DNA of 40,000 bases from NCBI GenBank assembly GCA_965217725.1, contig OZ244564.1, forward strand, positions 97,807-137,806, given 5' to 3'. The notes under the pieces were generated by a model. It had not been told where the DNA came from. It made no database searches and saw only the letters and a list, made by a program, of their open reading frames with translations. This stretch comes from Dehalococcoidia bacterium. Lineage in GTDB: Bacteria > Chloroflexota > Dehalococcoidia > Lucifugimonadales > UBA1123. Positions 7,331 to 15,475 of the stretch are shown here, in pieces. The position numbers and the translations under genes were made by a program. Each line of letters starts with the position of its first letter. Within the stretch, counting starts at the first letter, position 1.

Positions 7331-8632
7331 ATGCACCCCCACGAACACGGACACAGGCACCATCATGAGTCCATGCTCAGCGTGGAAGACGCGCTTGATC
7401 GGATTCTGGGCTACTTCGACGTCCTTGAGACCGAGCGAGTGCCGTTGCTGGACGCTCTCGGACAGGTACTTGCCGAGGATGCCACGGCGACACACGACAT
7501 CCCGCCGCTGGACAACTCAGCGATGGACGGCTACGCGATACAGGCCGCGAGCGTGTCCGGCGCTTCCGAGTCGTCCCCTGTCACCCTCAAGGTGATAGGC
7601 CTCGTCACTGCCGGAGACCTTCCGAGCGACACCGTTGTGCCCGGCACTGCGGTACGCATTATGACCGGAGCCCCCGTCCCTGCGGGCGCTGACTCTGTCG
7701 TGCCGTTCGAAGACACGGACGAGATCGATCGTCGAAATGCCGGCAACACACTGGACGAGATCGGCATACGGTTCCCTGTTGGAATCGGCGCCGACATACG
7801 ACCTGCGGGCCAGGACGTTCGCAGCGGCACTCCGGTGCTCTCAAAGGGCACAACGTTGAGACCCGCTGAGATCGGCGTGCTGGCTTCCCTCGGATTCGAC
7901 GCCGTCAAAGTTGTGCGCCGCCCGATGGTCGCTATACTCTCCACTGGCAACGAGCTCCTGCACCCGGGCGACGACTACGCCCCCGGTAAGATATACGATG
8001 CAAACAGCTACTCTGTGGCCGCCAGCGTTCAGCGATATGGAGGCGTTCCCAGGCTGCTCGGAATCGCCCGCGACAATCTCGACTCAATGAACTCCAAGCT
8101 CGCCGAGGGCCTGAAGGCAGACCTCCTCATAACCTCCGCCGGAGTCTCCAAGGGAGACTACGACATGGTGAAAGACGTTCTCGCCCGGCACGGCCAGATA
8201 GACTTCTGGTCGGTGAGAATGCGCCCCGGCAAGCCGCTGGCGTTCGGACTGCTGCACTCCGACGACGGTAGGAATGTCCCCCATCTGGGACTGCCAGGCA
8301 ATCCCGTCAGCGCGATGGTCACCTTCGAGCAGTTCGGGCGCGCGGCCATCCATAAGATGATGGGCAAGAGCGGATTCCTGAAGCCCAGGATTGAGGCGGT
8401 ACTTGACGAGCCGATATACAATACCGACGGTCGCCGCGTGTACGCTCGCGCCATGATTACAAAGGACAATGGCGTATATCGTGCCCGGTTGACCGGCAAT
8501 CAGAGCTCCAATCTGCTGACCTCCATGGCAGGCGCCAACGGACTCGCCGTATGCCCGGAAGACCTTCCCGTCAAAGAGACTGGGGAGACCGTCGAGGTGC
8601 AGATGCTAGACTGGCCCGAGGATGTTTTTTAA
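7331..8632 (+). CDS. moeA: molybdopterin molybdenumtransferase MoeA
   Basis: 'PLDNSAMDGYA', 'TGAPVPAGADSVV', 'SAGVSKGDYD' and 'LPGNPVSAMV'. ATG at 7331 adds a His-rich leader (MHPHEHGHRHHHES). The alternative ATG at 7373 gives the canonical 'MLSVEDAL' N-terminus. Confidence 0.9.
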   Translation: MHPHEHGHRHHHESMLSVEDALDRILGYFDVLETERVPLLDALGQVLAEDATATHDIPPLDNSAMDGYAIQAASVSGASESSPVTLKVIGLVTAGDLPSDTVVPGTAVRIMTGAPVPAGADSVVPFEDTDEIDRRNAGNTLDEIGIRFPVGIGADIRPAGQDVRSGTPVLSKGTTLRPAEIGVLASLGFDAVKVVRRPMVAILSTGNELLHPGDDYAPGKIYDANSYSVAASVQRYGGVPRLLGIARDNLDSMNSKLAEGLKADLLITSAGVSKGDYDMVKDVLARHGQIDFWSVRMRPGKPLAFGLLHSDDGRNVPHLGLPGNPVSAMVTFEQFGRAAIHKMMGKSGFLKPRIEAVLDEPIYNTDGRRVYARAMITKDNGVYRARLTGNQSSNLLTSMAGANGLAVCPEDLPVKETGETVEVQMLDWPEDVF

Positions 8633-9057
8633 TGATTGACTCCATGAGGACTGCGGACGAAGGTCCCCAGATTCGAACATACTTTGTTGACCCTGACGAG
8701 GCCGAGGCGTCACGACGCTCTCTGCCCGTTCTGATTGCCAACCGACTGTGCTATGTGTGCCGGCAGGGCTACGAGGACGACCAGGTCGTCGTATCAGACC
8801 CGCAGGACTTCATTGATGTCATTGTCGGTCACTGCTCGAACGAACAGGACTTCCTTCTGCCCGATACGCCCATGAAAGAGGCCGTTTTTCGTGTGCTGCT
8901 GGGCAACTCCAATGAGCCTATGGACGCCGAGCAGGTCAGCGCCGAGCTTTCGAGCAGGTGGCCCATGACGCGAAACACGTCCCCAGAGGTCATTCAGCGC
9001 CTGCTCGACAACAGCGCCTATTACTGCATAGGCCCAGTCCCGCAACCCGACAGCTAA
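8632..9057 (+). CDS. hypothetical protein (141 aa), translationally coupled to moeA
   Basis: Its ATG at 8632 overlaps the moeA TAA (TAATG). The longer ORF from 8551 would overlap moeA by 82 nt. No motif recognised. Confidence 0.55.
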   Translation: MIDSMRTADEGPQIRTYFVDPDEAEASRRSLPVLIANRLCYVCRQGYEDDQVVVSDPQDFIDVIVGHCSNEQDFLLPDTPMKEAVFRVLLGNSNEPMDAEQVSAELSSRWPMTRNTSPEVIQRLLDNSAYYCIGPVPQPDS

Positions 9058-9144
9058 GACGCTTAACGTCTCAATTTGCAGCTTTGGGCCTTTCTATTGC
9101 TGCAGGCCGGAAAGCCTCGTTATAGATCGAAAGGGTTCGCATCG

Positions 9145-9177
9145 TCCGTCATTCCCGCGAAAGCGGGAATCCATGAG
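9145..9177. repeat. diverged copy of the 'CCGTCATTCCsGCGAArGCsGGAATCCA' hairpin module
   Basis: tccgtcattcccgcgaaagcgggaatccatgag; stem ATTCCCGC/GCGGGAAT. It is related to the 5' end of the 81-bp repeats at 25463 and 33447. Confidence 0.7.
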
Positions 9178-9234
9178 TTGCTGTATTAGCGACCCTGGAA
9201 AACCGAAAGGCCCCGATCGCAGCCCCGTTCTTCA

Positions 9235-9263
9235 TTGTCCGAGCGGTAGCCATTGGCTATAAT
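9235..9263 (+). promoter_or_regulatory. putative promoter of ilvE (TTGTCC-N17-TATAAT)
   Basis: TTGTCC at 9235-9240 and TATAAT at 9258-9263. AGGGAG (9284-9289) lies 9 nt before the ATG at 9299. Confidence 0.35.
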
Positions 9264-9298
9264 GTGCGGCGACCCAACTACCTAGGGAGTATTGCCAG

Positions 9299-10225
9299 AT
9301 GTCTCAGTCGCTTGCCTTCTTCCGTGGACAGATAGTCCCAATCGAAGACGCTCAGGTAAGCGTTATGACTCATGCCCTGCACTACGGTACCGCCGTTTTC
9401 GAGGGCATACGCGGCAACTGGAACGAGGAGCAGGGCAAGCTCTACGTCTTCCGAATGGCCGAGCACTTCGACAGGCTCCTCCAGGGATGCCGAATGATGC
9501 TGATGGACATCCCGTACACCACAGAGGACCTGTGCAACATCACCGTCGATCTGCTCCAGAGCTGTGGGTACAAGCAAGACCTCTACATTAGGCCGCTGGC
9601 TTACAAGAGCCAGGAGCTGGTCGCGAACCTCAAGCTGCAGGAGCTGGCGAGTGACTTCACTCTGATCGCCATTCCTTTTGGCAGCTACATAGATGTCGAG
9701 GGCGCAATCCACTGCACGACCTCCTCCTGGAGGCGCATAGACGACACCATCATTCCTCCCAGGGTCAAGATAAGCGGTCACTACGTCAACTCGATCTTGG
9801 CCAAGACCGAGGCCACGCTGGCCGGATTCGACGAGGCGATCATGCTGACGCAGGGAGGCGACGTGTCCGAGGGATCGGGCGAGAACCTCTTCCTGGTTAA
9901 CGACGGCCAGATCTTCACACCGCCTGTCTCGGACAACAACCTCACCGGAATCACCCGCGACTCGGCAATGACGCTCGCTCACGAAGAGCTCGGCATCGAT
10001 GTTGTAGAGCGCAACATACGGCGGAGTGAGCTCTACCTGGCCGATGAGGTGTTCCTGACCGGTACGGCGGCCCACATCACGCCGGTGGGTTCGCTGGACA
10101 GGAGGCCAATTGGCGACGGTGGCGTCGGCCCGATTACTCAGAAGATCAGCGACACCTATGTTGACCTGATCAGGGGTGGCAATCCCAAGTACCGGGACTG
10201 GTGTACTGAGATTCCGCTGGAGTAG
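9299..10225 (+). CDS. ilvE: branched-chain amino acid aminotransferase (class IV)
   Basis: 'ALHYGTAVFEGIRGN', 'KISGHYVNSILAK', 'EGSGENLFLVNDGQIFTPP' and 'LTGITRDS'. Confidence 0.92.
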   Translation: MSQSLAFFRGQIVPIEDAQVSVMTHALHYGTAVFEGIRGNWNEEQGKLYVFRMAEHFDRLLQGCRMMLMDIPYTTEDLCNITVDLLQSCGYKQDLYIRPLAYKSQELVANLKLQELASDFTLIAIPFGSYIDVEGAIHCTTSSWRRIDDTIIPPRVKISGHYVNSILAKTEATLAGFDEAIMLTQGGDVSEGSGENLFLVNDGQIFTPPVSDNNLTGITRDSAMTLAHEELGIDVVERNIRRSELYLADEVFLTGTAAHITPVGSLDRRPIGDGGVGPITQKISDTYVDLIRGGNPKYRDWCTEIPLE

Positions 10226-10279
10226 CTTCCAGTGTAGTCGGCTTGTAGCGGCCGGCCCCAAGCCCACCCACTACCGACC

Positions 10280-10699
10280 ATGTTCACCTTCGCAACCGAC
10301 TATTCTATCGCTGTCTTTGTCTCGACGCTTGGCGTGCTGCAGCTTGCCTTCTCAGTAGGAGACATCAGGGGACTGCTTGCTTTTAAGTCACCGCTGGTCG
10401 CGCGGATACTTGGGTTGGCAATGGCGATTGGCGGGTTCGTGCTCTTCTTCTCCACCGGCGCGCGAAACATCAACGACTACGAAGGCGGTCTGGATGCTCC
10501 GACACAGGCCCTCTTCTTCTTTTATGGCGCTCTGGCCGCGGTGATAGTGACGCTCGCGCTTACCTCGGTCATTAACCGCCGGATGCGCGGTCCTGAAGCG
10601 GGACCTGATTCCGGCATCGACAGTCTGCGGGACACCAACTACGTTCTCTCCCTGGCGCGCAGCGTCAGGTACTGGTGGAACTTTTGCTGGAAGCGCTGA
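10280..10699 (+). CDS. small integral membrane protein, function unknown
   Basis: 139-aa ORF with 3-4 hydrophobic helices; no recognisable motif. Confidence 0.55.
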   Translation: MFTFATDYSIAVFVSTLGVLQLAFSVGDIRGLLAFKSPLVARILGLAMAIGGFVLFFSTGARNINDYEGGLDAPTQALFFFYGALAAVIVTLALTSVINRRMRGPEAGPDSGIDSLRDTNYVLSLARSVRYWWNFCWKR

Positions 10700-11277
10700 A
10701 CACCGCGGACATGAAGCTGTTTCAGCTGATAAACGGCTTCGTCGGCGTGGCGCCGTTCGTCGACAGGATCGCCCAGTGGATCGTGAGCGATTACCTGATG
10801 CCCATCGCGCTCGCGCTCGCGCTCATATTCATGTGGTTCGCAGAAAGGGATCGGGAGATCCGGGTCCAGCGCCAGCTCGGTGTCTTTGTCGCCCTGACCT
10901 CGATGGCGCTGTCCAGCTGGGCGGTCTTCATACTCAACATGTTCTACTTCAGGCCCAGGCCCTTCGTAAACGCCGATGTCGCGCTGCTGTTTTACAAGCC
11001 GACTGACTCCTCGTTTCCGTCGAACGCGGCTGCCGCGGTCTTCGGACTGGCCTTCGGTATCTGGGGAGTCAACCGCCGGCTAGGATACATCGCCATAGTG
11101 GCGGCCAGCCTATACGGCCTGGCCCGGGTCTACGCCGGCGTCCACTACTCGCTGGACATCCTGGCGGGCGCCGCTATCGCTGCTCCTGTCACCTACGTGG
11201 TGTTCAGGATGCGCGACCTGCTGATGCCTCTGCTGATGTTAGCGATCAGAGTCGCGAGAATCTTCAGGTTGGCGTGA
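10675..11277 (+). CDS. PAP2-family phosphatase-like membrane protein
   Basis: 'EALNTADMKLFQLINGF' is a typical PAP2 N-terminus and supports the GTG at 10675. Motifs 'YFRPRPF', 'SFPSNAA' and 'RVYAGVHYSLDILAG'. ATG at 10711 is the alternative start. Confidence 0.8.
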   Translation: MELLLEALNTADMKLFQLINGFVGVAPFVDRIAQWIVSDYLMPIALALALIFMWFAERDREIRVQRQLGVFVALTSMALSSWAVFILNMFYFRPRPFVNADVALLFYKPTDSSFPSNAAAAVFGLAFGIWGVNRRLGYIAIVAASLYGLARVYAGVHYSLDILAGAAIAAPVTYVVFRMRDLLMPLLMLAIRVARIFRLA

Positions 11278-11637
11278 GTAGTGGAAACCCATAGGGATTT
11301 CTCCCATCACGTAGAGTCCGAGCGGTTCGCCGCCCACCACATGGACGTGTCCGTGCGACTGGGTCTGGAGCCCGTCTCGGCCGAAGTTGGAGACGACCCT
11401 GTACCCGTCTGGACACGACTCGCTTCCGAGCTTGACAGCAAGCTGTCCGATGCGTCCCAGCATCTCTGGACTCGCCCACAACTCATCCTGTGTCATGTGC
11501 TCGGTGGGCACAATTAGAAGCTGGATGGGGAACCAGTCCAGTTGGTTACGGAACACCAGGATGTCAGGCTCTTCGTGGACTTTCCTGGAGGGCAGCCGCC
11601 CCGCGACTATCTCGCAGAAGGTGCAGTACTCGGTCAT
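11239..11637 (-). CDS. HIT (histidine triad) family protein
   Basis: 'HGHVHVVGG' histidine triad and N-terminus 'CTFCEIVAG'. The start abuts the stop of the upstream dnaC-like gene. Confidence 0.9.
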   Translation of the reverse strand: MTEYCTFCEIVAGRLPSRKVHEEPDILVFRNQLDWFPIQLLIVPTEHMTQDELWASPEMLGRIGQLAVKLGSESCPDGYRVVSNFGRDGLQTQSHGHVHVVGGEPLGLYVMGEIPMGFHYSRQPEDSRDSDR

Positions 11638-13056
11638 CTACCGGCGACTGCTCCACCGTGGCCGGTGTTCGGGTGTTCCCTGTCTGTTACCAGCGCGCCG
11701 TTTCACCCTGTAGTCCGGCGCATCGATGCGGATGAGCATCCCGCTCAATTCGTCCCGTATGCGTGACACGATTGGTCCGGTTGTGTCGAGCACGTGCATA
11801 CTGGTGGTAATGACCGTGGGCAATCGCAGGTTGTGGCGGTGGACGATGATCTGGTAGAGCTTCTCGTAAGCCCAGTCACTGCGGTATTCAACGCCAAGAT
11901 CGTCCAGAATCAGCATGGGCGCGTTCCTGACCTCGTCGAAGACCCTGTCGTACGCCACGCCGCTGTTGGGCTGGAAGGTGTATCTCAGGTAGTCCATCAA
12001 CTCGGGCACGAACGCGAAGAATACGGGTAGCCTCTGTGACAGGCGAGTCTCCGCGATCGCGATTGCGAGGTGGGTCTTGCCCGCGCCCGTCTCACCGAAC
12101 AGGGTGAGCCATCCATCTGGAGCCTCAGCCCAGGCTCTTGAGCTGTCAAACGCAGTCGTCAGGCTGTTGCGCTGCTCCGCGGACGCTGAGTTGCCGCGTG
12201 TGTCGAACGTATCGAACGCCATGCGCTGGACCATCTCGGATGGTACGCGTCCCAGACGCCTGGTTGGTTCATGGACAACACCGCGAACTTCTACCACGCG
12301 GCTGAGGGTGGGGCGAGTCATGCGGCTTGCGATGTACGGGTCGATGTCGCTGATTTGCACGGCTGTGGTAACAACTGTCGGGAGCTCGGAGTTCGCCCTG
12401 CGGTTGAATATCTGCTGAAGCTTCTCCTGTGCCCACGGAGTGGGACTCTGCGACCCCAGCCCGTCCAGCACCAGCAGCGGCGCTTCGTTGACCTGTTCGA
12501 ACAGGTCTGAGTAGGAGAGTTCGCTCATGGGTGAGTAGGTGGAACGCAGGTCGTCCAGCAGGTCGGGAACATGGACGAAGAAGACTGGTCGTCCCTGCTC
12601 GATGCAGTGGTTTGAGACCGCAGCAGCAAGATGGGTTTTCCCGGAGCCGTGCGGACCCGTTAGAACCAGCCAGCCCAATGGCAGTTCGGCATAAGCCAAC
12701 GCAGCCTCGTAAGCCATTCTGAACAGCCGCTTGCTCTCAGGATCGATGGCCATGCCTTCGGGATCGGCCGACCCGAAAGTCAACCTCGTGAGTGGGCCGA
12801 GGTTGGAATAGCGCCGCAGCCTGACCGAACGCTCACTGAGATCGATCTCGTTCTGACATTGGCACGGCTCGGCCTTGCCGAAGTCCGGGTGTCCGACCGG
12901 CGCGTCGATTGCCAGCCACAGTCTGCCCTCGCAGATTGGGCAGACGTCTTCCTCTGACTCTTCAAGAGGCGAGATGCCGTTACCAGAATCAGCGGCGTCG
13001 CCGTTGATCGGCTGGTTCTCCCGCATTCGTTTTAGGATGTCTCCGAGATTCTCCAT
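11638..13056 (-). CDS. DnaC/DnaI-like helicase-loader ATPase with two tandem AAA+ modules and an N-terminal Cys-rich zinc-finger-like motif
   Basis: 'CPICEG..(22)..CQC'. Module 1: 'GPHGSGKTHLAAAV' and Walker B 'LLVLDGLG'. Module 2: 'GETGAGKTHLAIAI' and Walker B 'MLILDDLG'. Each module ends in 'LPTVVTT' / 'LPTVITT'. Confidence 0.8.
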   Translation of the reverse strand: MENLGDILKRMRENQPINGDAADSGNGISPLEESEEDVCPICEGRLWLAIDAPVGHPDFGKAEPCQCQNEIDLSERSVRLRRYSNLGPLTRLTFGSADPEGMAIDPESKRLFRMAYEAALAYAELPLGWLVLTGPHGSGKTHLAAAVSNHCIEQGRPVFFVHVPDLLDDLRSTYSPMSELSYSDLFEQVNEAPLLVLDGLGSQSPTPWAQEKLQQIFNRRANSELPTVVTTAVQISDIDPYIASRMTRPTLSRVVEVRGVVHEPTRRLGRVPSEMVQRMAFDTFDTRGNSASAEQRNSLTTAFDSSRAWAEAPDGWLTLFGETGAGKTHLAIAIAETRLSQRLPVFFAFVPELMDYLRYTFQPNSGVAYDRVFDEVRNAPMLILDDLGVEYRSDWAYEKLYQIIVHRHNLRLPTVITTSMHVLDTTGPIVSRIRDELSGMLIRIDAPDYRVKRRAGNRQGTPEHRPRWSSRR

Positions 13057-13127
13057 AGTAGATCAACACACTTCACTTGAGGATGCCAAATAATTCCGAC
13101 CGCTCTTGATTCCCAGCCGTTCGACGA

Positions 13128-13922
13128 CTAGTTCAATGTCTCTTCTTGGCACGCCCAGTCGATATCAGCAACAGAAGCTATCAACACTAACCAAGAACTG
13201 CTGTATCGCGAACTGTGCGTTAATTTAGATGAAATCTGGTAATTGTTCACAACAGTTTGATTTTCGAACGGATCACGTTTGTCGCGAAAGAGATGCAATA
13301 ACTCGTCCAAAGTCTGTTTAACTGAAGCCTCATACTGGAAATTACTAAGGAAGCTACGTCTAATTCTGGTTCTCGTGTCGGCACTAACTACTTCAAATAT
13401 ATTGATGGATGTTGTATCTGAGATCCTGTTCAGAAAGGGGTCGCGGGCGACTTGAAAAACCGAATGACCTCTTGAAACTCGATTTGCTATATTACCCCCT
13501 TTGGAATCTTGCAGATAGCTGCGTATGTCCTCGTAAGGCATCAGAAGACAAGCAGCAAATTTGTTGCACCATATCTCTTCAGGAGTATGTCTTTTTTGGT
13601 GTGATTGGAACGATAAATTGGGCTCAGTTGTCTTACCTAAGCAGATTTTACCCGCTTTCAAGTGTGCTCTTGTCCAGTGGCCTAACTCGTGAGCCAAAGT
13701 GAATTTCTTCCTAGCAGGAGGATCGTGTTTCCGAAGAAGTATTTCAGCTCCATGTATGCCGAGCGGTATAAGATACCCTTCTTGATCGAGATTTTCTTCC
13801 TCGACGCGGAGATCAGGCCAAAGGGAACAAATGGCATGAAGGTCTGTAGGGGGTGCTCTGTGGCCGGCCGCTTCCAGTAACTGCCAGCAGACTTGTTCAG
13901 GATCTGTGGTGGTGGGCATCAT
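13128..13922 (-). CDS. ImmA/IrrE-family zinc metallopeptidase
   Basis: 'FTLAHELGHW' (HELGH at 13677-13691) and 'CNKFAACLLMP'. ATG at 13922 overlaps the upstream TGA (ATGA), so the 14024 start in the ORF track is probably an over-extension. The region is AT-rich. Confidence 0.85.
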   Translation of the reverse strand: MMPTTTDPEQVCWQLLEAAGHRAPPTDLHAICSLWPDLRVEEENLDQEGYLIPLGIHGAEILLRKHDPPARKKFTLAHELGHWTRAHLKAGKICLGKTTEPNLSFQSHQKRHTPEEIWCNKFAACLLMPYEDIRSYLQDSKGGNIANRVSRGHSVFQVARDPFLNRISDTTSINIFEVVSADTRTRIRRSFLSNFQYEASVKQTLDELLHLFRDKRDPFENQTVVNNYQISSKLTHSSRYSSSWLVLIASVADIDWACQEETLN

Positions 13923-14917
13923 TCCTCGGTACTGTCCAAGATGCGGTAGAGAATGCGACGCAGTATGGTTCGTTGATCTCGCTCGCTCATTGTGAAGCGA
14001 GCTGCTACTCCATTGAGCATCCATTCCTTTAATAGAGCAATCATTCGTTCATCTAGGTCTGGCTCCACTAAATCTGCCACTGTGGTTTTCAGAATCGCAG
14101 CAAGGGCCCGTAACTCCAAGAGAGAGGGGTTTGATATGCTGTCGCGGCTGCTCTCAATTTGACGGAGTCTATCAACGGTTAGGAGTTTGAAAGAGTGAGT
14201 GGCTACGTCCTCCTTCGTAAGTCGGGATTCTTCGCGCGTGATTCTCACCTTGTTTCCTACCATGTTTTTGTCAAAGTTTGAGAAGACAAGCTTTCTCTGC
14301 TCAAGAATCGGACGTATCTCTGTGAGGCGTTGCCGCAGTTCGAGGCCAAGTTCGTCGAAGTCCCTGTATGTAATCATAAGTTTGAATGCTGGAATACCAG
14401 TGACCATCCTGCTTACTTTCGTATCTCCATGTGCAATTAAGATAATGGGAATAAGGGCTCCGAGGGCGAAGTCCAACTCTTCACCAGCTCCCGTACTTGC
14501 GAAATCGGCAACATGAATAAGGAGATCGCAACTTAGCACACGTTCCCTGTCGATATTGAATACGTCCTCAGCAGACACGTCAGGATGCTGAATTGGGTCA
14601 GTGGCTTTTCGTGGTTCGTACAAGTTAATGTCTAGATCTTCGCAGATCGACGCCACAATATCTGACACTTTTACTAGGTGGTCTTGCTGCACATCTGTTA
14701 ACCCCGTAAGGGCAGAGGCCAAGTAAGCTTCCAATTTCAGGGGCGCAGCATCACGCTGGTACAGGATCATCTGATTAGATTCAGCTGTGTCAGCAGTTGG
14801 AAGTAAGGCCGCCTGCTCCTTATCAATGTACTTATGATGCCGGGTTTCAAACTCGTCGAGAGTAATCTGCCTAAAATGCTCGCTCAACACTTTCTGAGCA
14901 TTGTGAGGATTAACCAT
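13919..14917 (-). CDS. fusion protein: nucleoside 2-deoxyribosyltransferase-like Rossmannoid domain + C-terminal XRE-type HTH
   Basis: 'LEAYLASALTG', then 'SCDLLIHVADFASTGAGEELDFALGALIPIILIAHG', which matches the NDT-like pattern (acidic residue after a Gly-rich loop, then a helix and strand). The C-terminal 'LTKEDVATHSFKLLTVDRLRQIESSRDSISNPSLLELRALAAILKTTVADLV' is an XRE HTH. AAGGG lies 7 nt before the ATG. Confidence 0.6.
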   Translation of the reverse strand: MVNPHNAQKVLSEHFRQITLDEFETRHHKYIDKEQAALLPTADTAESNQMILYQRDAAPLKLEAYLASALTGLTDVQQDHLVKVSDIVASICEDLDINLYEPRKATDPIQHPDVSAEDVFNIDRERVLSCDLLIHVADFASTGAGEELDFALGALIPIILIAHGDTKVSRMVTGIPAFKLMITYRDFDELGLELRQRLTEIRPILEQRKLVFSNFDKNMVGNKVRITREESRLTKEDVATHSFKLLTVDRLRQIESSRDSISNPSLLELRALAAILKTTVADLVEPDLDERMIALLKEWMLNGVAARFTMSERDQRTILRRILYRILDSTEE

Positions 14918-14929
14918 AATTATGCCCTT

Positions 14930-15475
14930 TCAGGGATAACTTTCCCGCCAGATTTGTCGCACGCAGGCTCCAGTGTCACGAACAGCTATTTGGACATGTG
15001 TCCGATCAAAGAATGCAGAGTCAGGATACACAGGACGACCTTCTCTAAAGGCTGCACGCACACAGGCAATCCTAATCCCGCTCTCATTTAACACTGCTGC
15101 AGTGTAGTTTATCACTTCTCGATCCAGCGAGTGTGAGCCTCCAGACTGCGTAGGTACGATGAGGCCTGCCTCTCGAAGGAGTTTCAGGTACGCATCATAA
15201 GCATCGGATAGGACTTGGTTCCAATGTAAGTCCAGCAAATCTAAGCAGTCCGTAATTTGGATTTCTGCTCCCATCACAGCTGCGTTACTCCCATGTCGGT
15301 CTATTGCCCATTCCCACGCCCTGAGAGGTGCATCTTGAAAGAAATAGACACCATCGCCAAGCCAATCGTAAGTATTCCGACTTAATTGGAATCCCTCAGC
15401 CGCAATAATATCAGCGACTTCAGAACTCGTTCCATGATAGCCTCTAACTAATAGTTGGGGCACTTGAGAGTCCAT
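14930..15475 (-). CDS. ADP-ribosyltransferase-fold-like (DUF3990-like) protein, putative effector
   Basis: The N-terminus 'LVRGYHGTSSEVADIIAAEGF' ... 'WLGDGVYFFQDAPLRAWEWA' resembles the H-Y-[E/D] ART pattern (diphtheria toxin 'YHGT' .. 'GFY') and the DUF3990 pattern 'YHGS..DFGxGFY..A..WA'. It is the first gene of the AT-rich operon. Confidence 0.45.
   Translation of the reverse strand: MDSQVPQLLVRGYHGTSSEVADIIAAEGFQLSRNTYDWLGDGVYFFQDAPLRAWEWAIDRHGSNAAVMGAEIQITDCLDLLDLHWNQVLSDAYDAYLKLLREAGLIVPTQSGGSHSLDREVINYTAAVLNESGIRIACVRAAFREGRPVYPDSAFFDRTHVQIAVRDTGACVRQIWRESYP

Noticed and set aside
9278-10267. 329-aa ORF antisense to ilvE. Similar long antisense or out-of-frame ORFs include 932-1747, 1558-2268, 2467-3276, 4943-5860, 6217-6795, 24430-25371, 28128-28976, 30427-31077 and 33871-34548.
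   Set aside because: Their composition is Arg/Pro/Gly/Ala-rich and low-complexity, as expected for open frames opposite genuine high-GC genes. Each overlaps a CDS with clear family motifs, and none has motifs of its own.
11239-11277. 39-bp convergent overlap of the 3' ends of the PAP2 (+) and HIT (-) genes.
   Set aside because: Both frames are supported by family motifs up to near their ends. Short convergent overlaps are common in compact genomes, and no extra signal was seen.
13923-14024. N-terminal 34-codon extension of the ImmA ORF (track start 14024), overlapping the upstream gene by about 100 nt.
   Set aside because: The ATGA stop/start overlap at 13919-13922 is the typical coupled start. 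The extension ('MDAQWSSSSLHNERARS...') lies within the upstream gene's conserved C-terminus.
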